From contig CAXBQP010000018.1 of NCBI GenBank assembly GCA_963978095.1, forward strand, positions 1 through 51,200: a DNA stretch of 51,200 nt, given 5' to 3'. Each line of letters opens with the position of its first letter. The stretch's first letter is position 1. Positions 29,282 to 37,743 of this stretch are shown here, in pieces. Below the pieces are notes generated by a model. It searched no databases and had not been told where the DNA came from. It saw only the letters and a program-made list of their open reading frames with translations. The position numbers and the translations under genes were made by a program. Source of the DNA: an uncultured bacterium. Lineage in GTDB: Bacteria; Gemmatimonadota; Gemmatimonadetes; Gemmatimonadales; Gemmatimonadaceae.

Positions 29282-30652
29282 TCAGTGGGGGGCGTCGGCG
29301 ACCAGTGCGTCGATCAAGGTGGCGAGCCGCGTACTGTTGCCGTGATCCCACCCGGTGATGATCTGGCGGATGATGCCATGGCGATCGATGATGATAATCT
29401 GGGGAATACCGCCGACACGATAGTCGGTATCCGGTTTCGGCTGACGGAACGGTGTTCCGGGCTGTTGCTTGGGCGGTGTGTTGATGGCGATGCGAAAGGG
29501 CAGGGCGTGCTCGCGGCCGAAGTAGTCGCGGTCCGCCGCGATTTCCTGTTCCGGGGTGAGGTTCTTGCGATCGCCGAGGTAGCCGTAGAGCGAGGTGACC
29601 ATGGTGCCTTCGAACGGCGCGTTGGCGAAGCGCTCGCCGAGTCCTTTCACCCCGGGATAGCTGTTCTTGCACGGGACGCACCAGTGCGCGGTGAACTCCA
29701 CCAAGTGGACCTTCCCGTCGTCCATCCGAACGGCGCTGCTGTCGGCGCTGTTGATCCACCATTCGCCCTGGATCGTCGCGGCGCGGGTCCCGATCAGCGC
29801 ATAGCGCGCGCGGAAGTCGGCGAATGATTCCTTGGCAGTCGCGCCGAGCTCGGCTTCGCCGCGGTCGAGGATCGCGAGTGCCGAGTCCGGATGCAGCATG
29901 TCGGCGGCGGCGCGGGCGAGTGAGTGATAGGCGCTGGCCATGACCATCTCCCGCGCCTTCACCGCTGCCGGCGTGCGTGCCGCGGCGGTCGCGCCCGCTC
30001 TGCGGCTCAACGTCAGGATTCGTGCCGCATGATCGCGGAGTCCCTCGGCGACATCAAGGTATTCGTAGCGCCCCATCATCGTCTGATGGGCGGAGATCTT
30101 GATGTCATCGAGCGAGTCGGGGAGCGCGTCGATCGCCACCATGGCGCGCTCGGCACCATCGATGATCCCGAAGTGGCTGCCCGCGTCCGAGATTTCCTCG
30201 CGCAGCGCCAGCAGCAGTGCGTTGGCATGCCCGCGCGGCGGCAGATCCCGCGCCGCCACGGCCCGGGCGGTGGCCCGCTTCCGGCTCACGCTGTCGCTGG
30301 TGAATGCATACAGCGTCACCAGATCCGCGAGTTGGGAGGTTGCGATGGTTTCCCAGCTGAAGGCGGTTGCACACTCCTTGGCGGCGCGTACCGACTCCTT
30401 GAGAACGAGCGGATAGGTGGCGTTATAGGTCGCGAGCGCGTCGTTCCGCTGCTCGGCCGGCGCGGCACGCAGCGCGGCGACGAGCGGTTGCAGCTGGGTG
30501 TTGCGCCAATCGCTGGCGCCCTTGGTGCACTCCGCGGGCGTCTTGGCCGAGAGCTTCGGTGCGGTGGCCGCGGATTGCGCCGTGAGCGTTGCGGCACCAC
30601 CGGTACCGGCGAGCACCAGCAGAAGGGTCCATCGACTCATGCGCTGCATCAT
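29282..30652 (-). CDS. Exported TlpA-like thiol-disulfide oxidoreductase with long helical N-terminal domain
   Basis: Signal peptide; VHLVEFTAHWCVPC and YRVGGIPQIIIIDRHGIIR; GGAGG SD. Confidence 0.85.
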   Translation of the reverse strand: MMQRMSRWTLLLVLAGTGGAATLTAQSAATAPKLSAKTPAECTKGASDWRNTQLQPLVAALRAAPAEQRNDALATYNATYPLVLKESVRAAKECATAFSWETIATSQLADLVTLYAFTSDSVSRKRATARAVAARDLPPRGHANALLLALREEISDAGSHFGIIDGAERAMVAIDALPDSLDDIKISAHQTMMGRYEYLDVAEGLRDHAARILTLSRRAGATAAARTPAAVKAREMVMASAYHSLARAAADMLHPDSALAILDRGEAELGATAKESFADFRARYALIGTRAATIQGEWWINSADSSAVRMDDGKVHLVEFTAHWCVPCKNSYPGVKGLGERFANAPFEGTMVTSLYGYLGDRKNLTPEQEIAADRDYFGREHALPFRIAINTPPKQQPGTPFRQPKPDTDYRVGGIPQIIIIDRHGIIRQIITGWDHGNSTRLATLIDALVADAPH

Positions 30653-30691
30653 GCGGACCTCCGGAAGGATCAATCGTACCAGCGGCGATAC

Positions 30692-32656
30692 CTACTGGGG
30701 ACGGCGCGCGGAACTCAGGAACGTCACGAACTCGTTGGCGTCACGGGTCATGCCGAGGAAGGTCGCCCGCGGCGCACCGTGCGCATCGACGACGGCGTAC
30801 AGCGGCAGGGCGACCGTGCCGAACGTGTCGCGTTCGTAGCGTTGTTGCGTGCGGTCGATCGGCTCGCGTCCGTCGGTGAAGAGGCGGACACGCACGAACT
30901 GGTCGAGTTCACGCACGACCTCCGAGCGGGGGAACATGTTGGCTTCCATCCACCGGCAGTTGGTGCAGGTGTAGCCCGTGAAGTCGATCAGGACCAACGT
31001 GTTCGTCCTCGTCGCGGCCGCGAGTGCGGCGTCGAGGTCGTTGAGCATCCACGGGAGTTCTCCGCGGGCGGCTCCGCTCTGGGCGGTGCCACCGGCCGGT
31101 GGCAGGAACGGCTCAAGCTCGCCGAGTCGCCGGCCGTCGAGCCCCGTCGCGATGAAGGCCGTGATCGCCAAGGCGCCGGCACTGGCCACGCGGTGCCAGC
31201 GCGCTTTCCGTTGGACGCCGCCGGCGCCGATGCGCACGCCGACCAGATACAGCACGAGCAGCACACCGAGCATGACCCAGAGCGCGATCACCGTCTGGCG
31301 CGTGAAGATCCCCCATCCTTGCACCAGGTCGGCGTTGGACAGGAACTTCAGTGCGGCGGCGAGCTCGACGAAGCCGAGTGTTCCTTTGACCGTCACCATC
31401 CATTCGCCGCTCTTGGGCAGACGGGAGAGCACCTGCGGTACGAGTGCGAGCACGAGAAAGGGGAGCGCGAACACCGAGGAGAACACGAGGAGCCCGATCG
31501 CGGGCCAGTGCCAGTCACCGCGGGTGGCGCTCACGAGCAGCGTGCCGACGAGCGGGGCGGTGCAGGTGAAGGTCGTGACCGCGAAGGTCACCCCCATGAG
31601 CAGCGAGGTGGCGACGCGCCCGACCGGCGATCCTCCCGACGCGCGACTGAGCCACGTGAGCAGCCCGCTCGGCAGCGACACCGGCAACACCTCGAACAGG
31701 CTCATCGCGAAGACGATGAACAACGCGGCGATCGCCAGATTGAGCCACGGGTCGGCCGCGAATCGATTGAGGCCGGCGACGCCCATGAGCAGGGAGAGGC
31801 CGACGCCGAGCCCTGTGAAGGCGATCACGATGCCGCCCGCGTAGAGCAGGGCGTCACTGAGGGCGCGGGACGTGGAGACCTGGCCGCGTCGGCTGAAGTA
31901 CGAGATGGTGATCGGCACCATCGGAAAGACGCACGGCGTCAGCAGCGAGAGCGCGCCCATGGTGGCGGCGAGCCAGAGGAAGGCGAGGAGTTCGCCGCGG
32001 CTCGACGTGGCATTCACCACCCTCAGGCGATCGTTGGTGGGTCGGGTATCGGGGGACGCCGATGCGCGCGCGGCCGGGGCGATCGACGAGGGCGCGATGG
32101 GCGGCGTGGGCTGCGGGATCGCGACATTCGACGGTCCATCGTCGACCATGGGCCCTGACACGGTGAGGGCGAGACTCAGCGTATCCTCGGTCGGTGGCAG
32201 ACAATAGCGCGCATTGCAGGTCTGATATCCGACGCGCAGTTGCAGTGACTGCGTTCCTTGCGGCGCCTTGCCGCTGATGCGCGCCGGGATCACGAACGTC
32301 GCCGAGTCCTGATACCACTCGCTTTCGATCCCGAAGTTCGGATCGGGGGCGACCACAGGGGCCGGGGCGCTGATCGTGCCGTTCTGATGCAGGAGCGAGG
32401 ACGGGCCGAGCTCCAGTGTGGTCGCGATCGGTCCGCCCGGCGGTTGCGTCAGACTGTAGAGGTGCCACCCCGCGGGGATCCGCGCGAGCAGCGTCACGCG
32501 GAGTGCCGCACCAGGGCGCACGGACGCGGAGCGCTGCGTCAGGCCGGAGCGGAATTGAATCGGATGCTCCTGTGCCCCGATCCTCCCGGTGCACGCGAGC
32601 GCAAGACCGAGACCACACCAGCCGAGGCGACGTACCGCGAGGTGGAGCAAGCGCAT
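30692..32656 (-). CDS. dsbD: Thiol:disulfide interchange protein DsbD (alpha-beta-gamma)
   Basis: GWHLYS and QTCNARYCLPP (alpha); LLTPCVFPMVPI and FTCTAP (TM beta); IDFTGYTCTNCRWME (gamma). Confidence 0.93.
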   Translation of the reverse strand: MRLLHLAVRRLGWCGLGLALACTGRIGAQEHPIQFRSGLTQRSASVRPGAALRVTLLARIPAGWHLYSLTQPPGGPIATTLELGPSSLLHQNGTISAPAPVVAPDPNFGIESEWYQDSATFVIPARISGKAPQGTQSLQLRVGYQTCNARYCLPPTEDTLSLALTVSGPMVDDGPSNVAIPQPTPPIAPSSIAPAARASASPDTRPTNDRLRVVNATSSRGELLAFLWLAATMGALSLLTPCVFPMVPITISYFSRRGQVSTSRALSDALLYAGGIVIAFTGLGVGLSLLMGVAGLNRFAADPWLNLAIAALFIVFAMSLFEVLPVSLPSGLLTWLSRASGGSPVGRVATSLLMGVTFAVTTFTCTAPLVGTLLVSATRGDWHWPAIGLLVFSSVFALPFLVLALVPQVLSRLPKSGEWMVTVKGTLGFVELAAALKFLSNADLVQGWGIFTRQTVIALWVMLGVLLVLYLVGVRIGAGGVQRKARWHRVASAGALAITAFIATGLDGRRLGELEPFLPPAGGTAQSGAARGELPWMLNDLDAALAAATRTNTLVLIDFTGYTCTNCRWMEANMFPRSEVVRELDQFVRVRLFTDGREPIDRTQQRYERDTFGTVALPLYAVVDAHGAPRATFLGMTRDANEFVTFLSSARRPQ

Positions 32657-32680
32657 CACGGAATGTACGACCCGAGACCG

Positions 32681-33721
32681 CTACGAGCGACTCCGGGCCT
32701 CGCGTGTCGCCAACGTGACGGTGGTGAGGAGCACCAAGGCTCCGGCTTGATGCGCGACGCCGATCGCCACCGGAACGGCGAGCAGCAATGCCGTGATGCC
32801 CAACGTCACCTGGAGCGTGACGGCGAGCATGACGAGCGTGAGTCGCGACCGCAGGCGTGGCCATGCGTTCTTGCGAACCGCCAGTGCCACGCCGAGGACA
32901 ATCACCAACGTCAGCATCGCGAGGAGGCGATGATCGAACTGTGCACTCGCGGGATCTTCGAACAGACTCTTCCACCAGGGGTTCATGCGTCCATACTCGA
33001 CCGGTACGAGTCCCGCGCCCATGAAGGGGAACTCATTGTAGATGCGTCCGGCCCGAAGTCCCGCGACGAACGCCCCGCTGACCACGGTGAGGAAGGTCAG
33101 CAGGAGCAGCCCGAGGAGCGCTCCCCTGGGGGCGCGCGACCGATCGCCGTTGTTGGCGGCCGGTGGGCGTCGTTCGGCGAGCAGGGTGTCGGCGGTCCAG
33201 ACGGTCAGCGTATAGATCACGAGCGCCAGGGAGAGATGCGCCGCCAAGCGGTACTGGCTGACATTCACGCGCGCGGTGAGACCGCTCGAGACCATGTACC
33301 ACCCCATGGCGCCCTGCAGTCCCATCAGGATGCCCAGTGCGGCGAGCCGCGGCAGCAAGGCGCCGGGCAGGCGGCGGCGCAGCGCGAACCAGATCAGCGG
33401 CAGCACGAACACCACGCCCACCAGCCGCGCCCAGAGTCGGTGCAAGAACTCCCACCAGAAGATCCCCTTGAAGGCGTCGAGGGTCATGCCGGCGTTCATG
33501 GTCGCGTACTGCGGGATCCGCTTGTACTTGTCGAACTCCGTTTGCCACGCCGCCTCAGACAGCGGTGGGAGCACCCCGGAGACCGGTTTCCACTCGGTGA
33601 TGGAGAGTCCGCTCTCCGTCAGGCGCGTGCCGCCCCCGATCAGAACCAGGACGAAGAGCATCCCCGCCCAGACGGTGAGCCAGCGGCCGATCGTGATGCG
33701 GTCGAGGGTGTGGTCGGTCAT
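32681..33721 (-). CDS. ctaA: Heme A synthase (COX15/CtaA)
   Basis: GGGTRLTESGLSITEW, WEFLHR, GWYMVSSGL, VSQYRLAAHL, GAFVAGLRAG, QFDHR and HQ. Confidence 0.95.
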   Translation of the reverse strand: MTDHTLDRITIGRWLTVWAGMLFVLVLIGGGTRLTESGLSITEWKPVSGVLPPLSEAAWQTEFDKYKRIPQYATMNAGMTLDAFKGIFWWEFLHRLWARLVGVVFVLPLIWFALRRRLPGALLPRLAALGILMGLQGAMGWYMVSSGLTARVNVSQYRLAAHLSLALVIYTLTVWTADTLLAERRPPAANNGDRSRAPRGALLGLLLLTFLTVVSGAFVAGLRAGRIYNEFPFMGAGLVPVEYGRMNPWWKSLFEDPASAQFDHRLLAMLTLVIVLGVALAVRKNAWPRLRSRLTLVMLAVTLQVTLGITALLLAVPVAIGVAHQAGALVLLTTVTLATREARSRS

Positions 33722-33763
33722 CGCAGGAAAGATACAACAGTGATCGTCCCGGGCCGACCGTTC

Positions 33764-35020
33764 CTAGCGCAGCTCCGCGCGGAGCGCCGTCACCAAGGAG
33801 TCCACATCCTGTTCAGTATTGAAGAGGTGCGTGGAGATCCGTTGTCCGTTGAACCAGTTGCCGGGGACGACCTTCACGAACACGCGATGCCGTTGGTGCA
33901 GGCGCTGCTGGAATGCGCCCGCGGGGATAGAGTCCGGGAGCCGGTAACTCAGCAACGGTGAAGCCAACGCGGGTTCATGTGCGCTCACGACCTGCAACGT
34001 GGGCACGGTGCGGAGTGCGTCGGCCAGTCGATGGCGCAGTGCCAGATTGTGCGCTTCGATCGCGGCGATGCCCGTGCCGCGGAGATACGCGATGGCCGCG
34101 CCGAGTCCGATGACGCTGGGCAGGCTGCAGACGCCGGTGGACGCGGTGTACGCGCCGCGTCCGCTCTGGAGCTGGATTGGATCCACGCGATCCGCGAGGG
34201 CCGTGCTGAGGTACAACAGTCCGGTGCCCTTCGGCGCGAGCATCCACTTGTGGCCGCTGGTCGCGTAGACGTCGCAGCCGAGTGCTTTGACGTCGACGGC
34301 CACTCCGCCGACCGCTTGGGCGCCGTCGATGACCGAGATCACGTTGTGGGCTCGAGCGCGCGCACAGAGTGCGGCGATCGGCATCCGCAGTCCGGTCGAG
34401 CTCAGGAGGTGCGACACCGCCATCACTTTGGTGCGTGGGGTGATCGCGGCGCTGAGGCGATCGACGATCGCGGTGCTGTCGTGTTCCCCGGGTGTGATGC
34501 TCACGATGTCGAGGATCACGCCGCGTGTGCGCACGAGATAGTCCCAACACGCCCGCCCCCCGGGGTGCTCCTGATCGGTCGTGAGCACGCGGTCGCCGGC
34601 GGCGAGCTGCAATCCTTGGGCGACGCGATTCAATCCTTCCGACGTGCAGGTGGTGAGGACCAGCTCGTCAGTGGCGCAGCCGAGGAAGGTCGCGGCCTGT
34701 TGACGGACGACGTCGAGCTGTTGTTCGTGCGCCCCGTACGCATAGAACGTCGGATTGCGCTCGAGCTCCCGCCAAGCGGCGATGGTGCGGTCCATCACGG
34801 GGCGCGGCGTCGGGCCGAGTGAGCCGGTCTGCAGGTAGACGAGCCCGGGTTCGAGCAGGAAATCGTCGCCACCGGCCAAACCACGTCGCGCCCGTGTTGC
34901 CGGGTCGCCGGCTTGCCGCTTCGGTTGGGCGCCGAGCGTGTGCGTGGCGACACCGAGCGCGGTTGCCGCGGAGAGGGACGCCAGGAATCCGCGTCGGGTC
35001 GGGGCATCGGTACCGGTCAT
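33764..35020 (-). CDS. Class V PLP-dependent enzyme (isopenicillin-N-epimerase/desulfurase-like) with Tat signal
   Basis: TRRGFL Tat motif; YLQTGSLGPTP, DQEHPG, DGAQ, SGHKWMLAPKGTG (PLP Lys) and RISTHLFN. Confidence 0.9.
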   Translation of the reverse strand: MTGTDAPTRRGFLASLSAATALGVATHTLGAQPKRQAGDPATRARRGLAGGDDFLLEPGLVYLQTGSLGPTPRPVMDRTIAAWRELERNPTFYAYGAHEQQLDVVRQQAATFLGCATDELVLTTCTSEGLNRVAQGLQLAAGDRVLTTDQEHPGGRACWDYLVRTRGVILDIVSITPGEHDSTAIVDRLSAAITPRTKVMAVSHLLSSTGLRMPIAALCARARAHNVISVIDGAQAVGGVAVDVKALGCDVYATSGHKWMLAPKGTGLLYLSTALADRVDPIQLQSGRGAYTASTGVCSLPSVIGLGAAIAYLRGTGIAAIEAHNLALRHRLADALRTVPTLQVVSAHEPALASPLLSYRLPDSIPAGAFQQRLHQRHRVFVKVVPGNWFNGQRISTHLFNTEQDVDSLVTALRAELR

Positions 35021-35053
35021 CGGACCTCATCGGTGCGAGGGATGGCAGCTCCG

Positions 35054-35476
35054 TCAGACAATCGGAAGCCCTGCGGCCGTCTCCACGGGGTCGGGTTGGT
35101 TCCGCATGTGATCCGCGAGATCATGGAGTTTCTGGCGGAGTGCGGCGCGCAGTGGATCGGGCATCGCGTGCTCGCTGAGGGCGCGATCCATGCACCAGAG
35201 CCACTGATCACGCGCGTGCGATCCGATGGGAAAGGGAAGGTGCCGAGCCCGGAGTCGCGGGTGCCCGTATTGCGCCATATACAGCTGCGGCCCACCGAGC
35301 CACCCGCTGAGGAACATGAAGAGCTTCTCGCGGGACTGCTTCAACGAGCGGGCGTGCATGGCGCGGATCTCGGCGGCCTCGGGCGCCTGGTCCATGAGGT
35401 CGTAGAACCGGTCGACGAGGGCACGGACACCGGTGTCGCCGCCCACCAGCTCATAGGGGGTTTGGGACGCGGTCAT
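35054..35476 (-). CDS. Group II truncated haemoglobin (HbO/YjbI-like)
   Basis: YELVGG, LVDRFYDLM, FLSGWLGGPQLY, GHPRLRARHLPF and RDQWLWCM. Confidence 0.93.
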   Translation of the reverse strand: MTASQTPYELVGGDTGVRALVDRFYDLMDQAPEAAEIRAMHARSLKQSREKLFMFLSGWLGGPQLYMAQYGHPRLRARHLPFPIGSHARDQWLWCMDRALSEHAMPDPLRAALRQKLHDLADHMRNQPDPVETAAGLPIV

Positions 35477-35537
35477 CGTTGAAACCTAGTGCGGTTCGCG
35501 GCGCGCGAGGGGAGGCATCCGCGCGGAGTTACGTGGG

Positions 35538-37010
35538 TCATTCCGCCTGTTGCGCCACCTCCCGGTCTGCGGACGGAAGCGTCAGCCGGAACTCGGTGAG
35601 CCCTGGCCGCGAGACGACCAGCTGCAGCGTGCCGCCGTGTGCCACGGCGATGCGTCGCGCGATGGCCAGTCCGAGTCCCGCGCCGTCGGTCATGCTCCCC
35701 GCGGCGCGGGAGCGGGCGGCATCGCTGCGGTAGAAGCGATCGAAGATCCGCGCCTGTGCGTCCGGGGCAATCCCCGCCCCGTGGTCGATGACCGCGATCA
35801 CATGCGCCCCGGGGGCGTCGGCCATCACGACCTCCACGGTCGCGCCCGACGGCGAATACTTGATGGCGTTGTCCAGCAGGTTCAGCAACAACCGGTCGAG
35901 CAACAGGTGGTCCCCACGGAATGGCGCCTGCGTCATCTGTCGCAGCTCCACCGTGACCCCGCGACGCTCTCCGACCTGCACCACGGCACGAACGGCATCG
36001 TGCACGATCTCTTCCAGATACACCGGCTCGACGCGCAGGGCGAGATGTCCGGCGTCCGCACGCGCGAGCAGGAACAAGTCGTCCACCAGACGCCCCAGGC
36101 GCTGTCCCGCCTGCAACATGACTTGCACGGACTCTCGATATTCGGATTCGGTCCGATGTGCGCGCGCCAAGGTCACCTCGGCCTCGGCACGGAGCGTGGC
36201 CGTCGGCGTGCGCATTTCGTGGGAGGCGTCGGCCATGAAGCGTCGCTGCTGCTCCAGCGCACCCTCCACGCGGTCGAGCAACGCGTTGAAGACCCGGGCG
36301 AGCCCCATCAACTCCGCGCCGCCCCCGACCGGGAGTCGCTGGTCGAGGTTCTGAGCCGTGATCTCCTCGGCGCGCGTCGCCATCGCCGCGACCGGCGCGA
36401 GGCTTCGTTGGGCGAGCAGGTAGGCCCCCACGGCCGCTGCCAGCAGCAGCAGCGGGATGGCGACGACGAACAGCGTGCGAATCTGCGCGAGCACCGCTTC
36501 GAGATCACGCAGCGGATACGCGCCGCTCACCACGAACCGTTCGTCGCCGAGCATCACCGAGCGCGTCACGACGCGGAGGGCACCGGTGGGAGCGGGAATG
36601 GTCCGCGGCAGCGTATCATCGATGGTCTTGGCATCGCCGAGCGCCATCAGCACCGGGTCGCCATCACCGCCGAGTCCGGCATCCGACTCGGCCGCTGCCG
36701 CGACCACGACGCCGGTGGAGGTCCGCACCAGCACGCGGACGTCGCGAAACCGCACTTCGTTCAAGGTGGTGCGGAGGGCGTCACGCGCCGATCCCGCCTG
36801 CATCCGCTCCGCGCCGACTTCGCGCGCGAACACGTTGAGCGCGTCGCTGATGAACGCATCGGAGCGCGTGACCAACGCGCGGGCGAAGGTGAGATAGCAG
36901 AGTATGGCGAACCCGATCAATGGGATCGCCAATGCCACGGTATAGCTGATGGTGAGCTGCGTGCGGAGCGACGACGGTGCGCGGTCACGTCGCACGGGGG
37001 AGGGGATCAC
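35538..37010 (-). CDS. Sensor histidine kinase (HAMP, CusS/CzcS-like)
   Basis: Two TM segments, HAMP, FMADASHEMRTP, NLLDNAIKYS, DHGAGI and GAGLGLAIA; GTG overlaps the regulator stop codon. Confidence 0.93.
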   Translation of the reverse strand: MIPSPVRRDRAPSSLRTQLTISYTVALAIPLIGFAILCYLTFARALVTRSDAFISDALNVFAREVGAERMQAGSARDALRTTLNEVRFRDVRVLVRTSTGVVVAAAAESDAGLGGDGDPVLMALGDAKTIDDTLPRTIPAPTGALRVVTRSVMLGDERFVVSGAYPLRDLEAVLAQIRTLFVVAIPLLLLAAAVGAYLLAQRSLAPVAAMATRAEEITAQNLDQRLPVGGGAELMGLARVFNALLDRVEGALEQQRRFMADASHEMRTPTATLRAEAEVTLARAHRTESEYRESVQVMLQAGQRLGRLVDDLFLLARADAGHLALRVEPVYLEEIVHDAVRAVVQVGERRGVTVELRQMTQAPFRGDHLLLDRLLLNLLDNAIKYSPSGATVEVVMADAPGAHVIAVIDHGAGIAPDAQARIFDRFYRSDAARSRAAGSMTDGAGLGLAIARRIAVAHGGTLQLVVSRPGLTEFRLTLPSADREVAQQAE

Positions 37011-37708
37011 CCGTGCGTGCCTTGGGCGACCGAGGCGTCCGGCGAATTCCACATGAAGCCCGCACCGCGGACCGTGGCGAGCAGTGGCTGCTTTTCGTCA
37101 TCGCCGAGCTTCTTGCGAAGGCGGGCCGCGTAGACGTCGATGATGTTGGAGTAGGTGCTGTTGGATCCGTCCCACACCTCGCGGAGCAGCTCGGCGCGCG
37201 CGATCACGCGCCCCGGTCGTTGCGCCATGTAGCGCAGGAGTGCGTACTCCCGCGCGGTGAGGACGATCGCCTGACCGGCCCGCGTGACTTCGTGGCGCGC
37301 GGTGTCGATGACCAGATCGCCCGTGACGATCCGCTCTGGCAGCAGGTCCGCGTGTCGCCGTGTGATCGCGCGCAGTCGTGCCAGGAGCTCGCCGAAGTCG
37401 AATGGCTTCGTGAGATAGTCGTCAGCCCCCGCGTCGAGACCAGCAATCCGGTGCTCGACTGCGTCGAGCGCCGTAAGCATCAGAATCGGCACCTGTTTGC
37501 CCTCACTGCGGATCGTGCGGCACACCGCGATGCCATCCGGGGCCGGGATCAGCACGTCGACGATGAGTGCGGCATACTCGTGCGCCGCGACCAGCGCGAG
37601 GATTTGCTCGCCGGTGGCCGCGTGGTCCACCGTGTAGCCCGCTTCCTCCAGTCCGCGGCTCACGGACTTCCGCAGTTGGTGATCGTCCTCGACGAATGCG
37701 ATCCGCAT
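37007..37708 (-). CDS. OmpR/CusR-family response regulator
   Basis: VEDD, IVDV, PILMLTA, GADDYLTKPF, LTAREY, NIIDVY and TVRGAGF. Confidence 0.95.
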   Translation of the reverse strand: MRIAFVEDDHQLRKSVSRGLEEAGYTVDHAATGEQILALVAAHEYAALIVDVLIPAPDGIAVCRTIRSEGKQVPILMLTALDAVEHRIAGLDAGADDYLTKPFDFGELLARLRAITRRHADLLPERIVTGDLVIDTARHEVTRAGQAIVLTAREYALLRYMAQRPGRVIARAELLREVWDGSNSTYSNIIDVYAARLRKKLGDDEKQPLLATVRGAGFMWNSPDASVAQGTHG

Positions 37709-37743
37709 CTGTGGAATCTACGGCCCGGTGACGCCGCGCCGCA

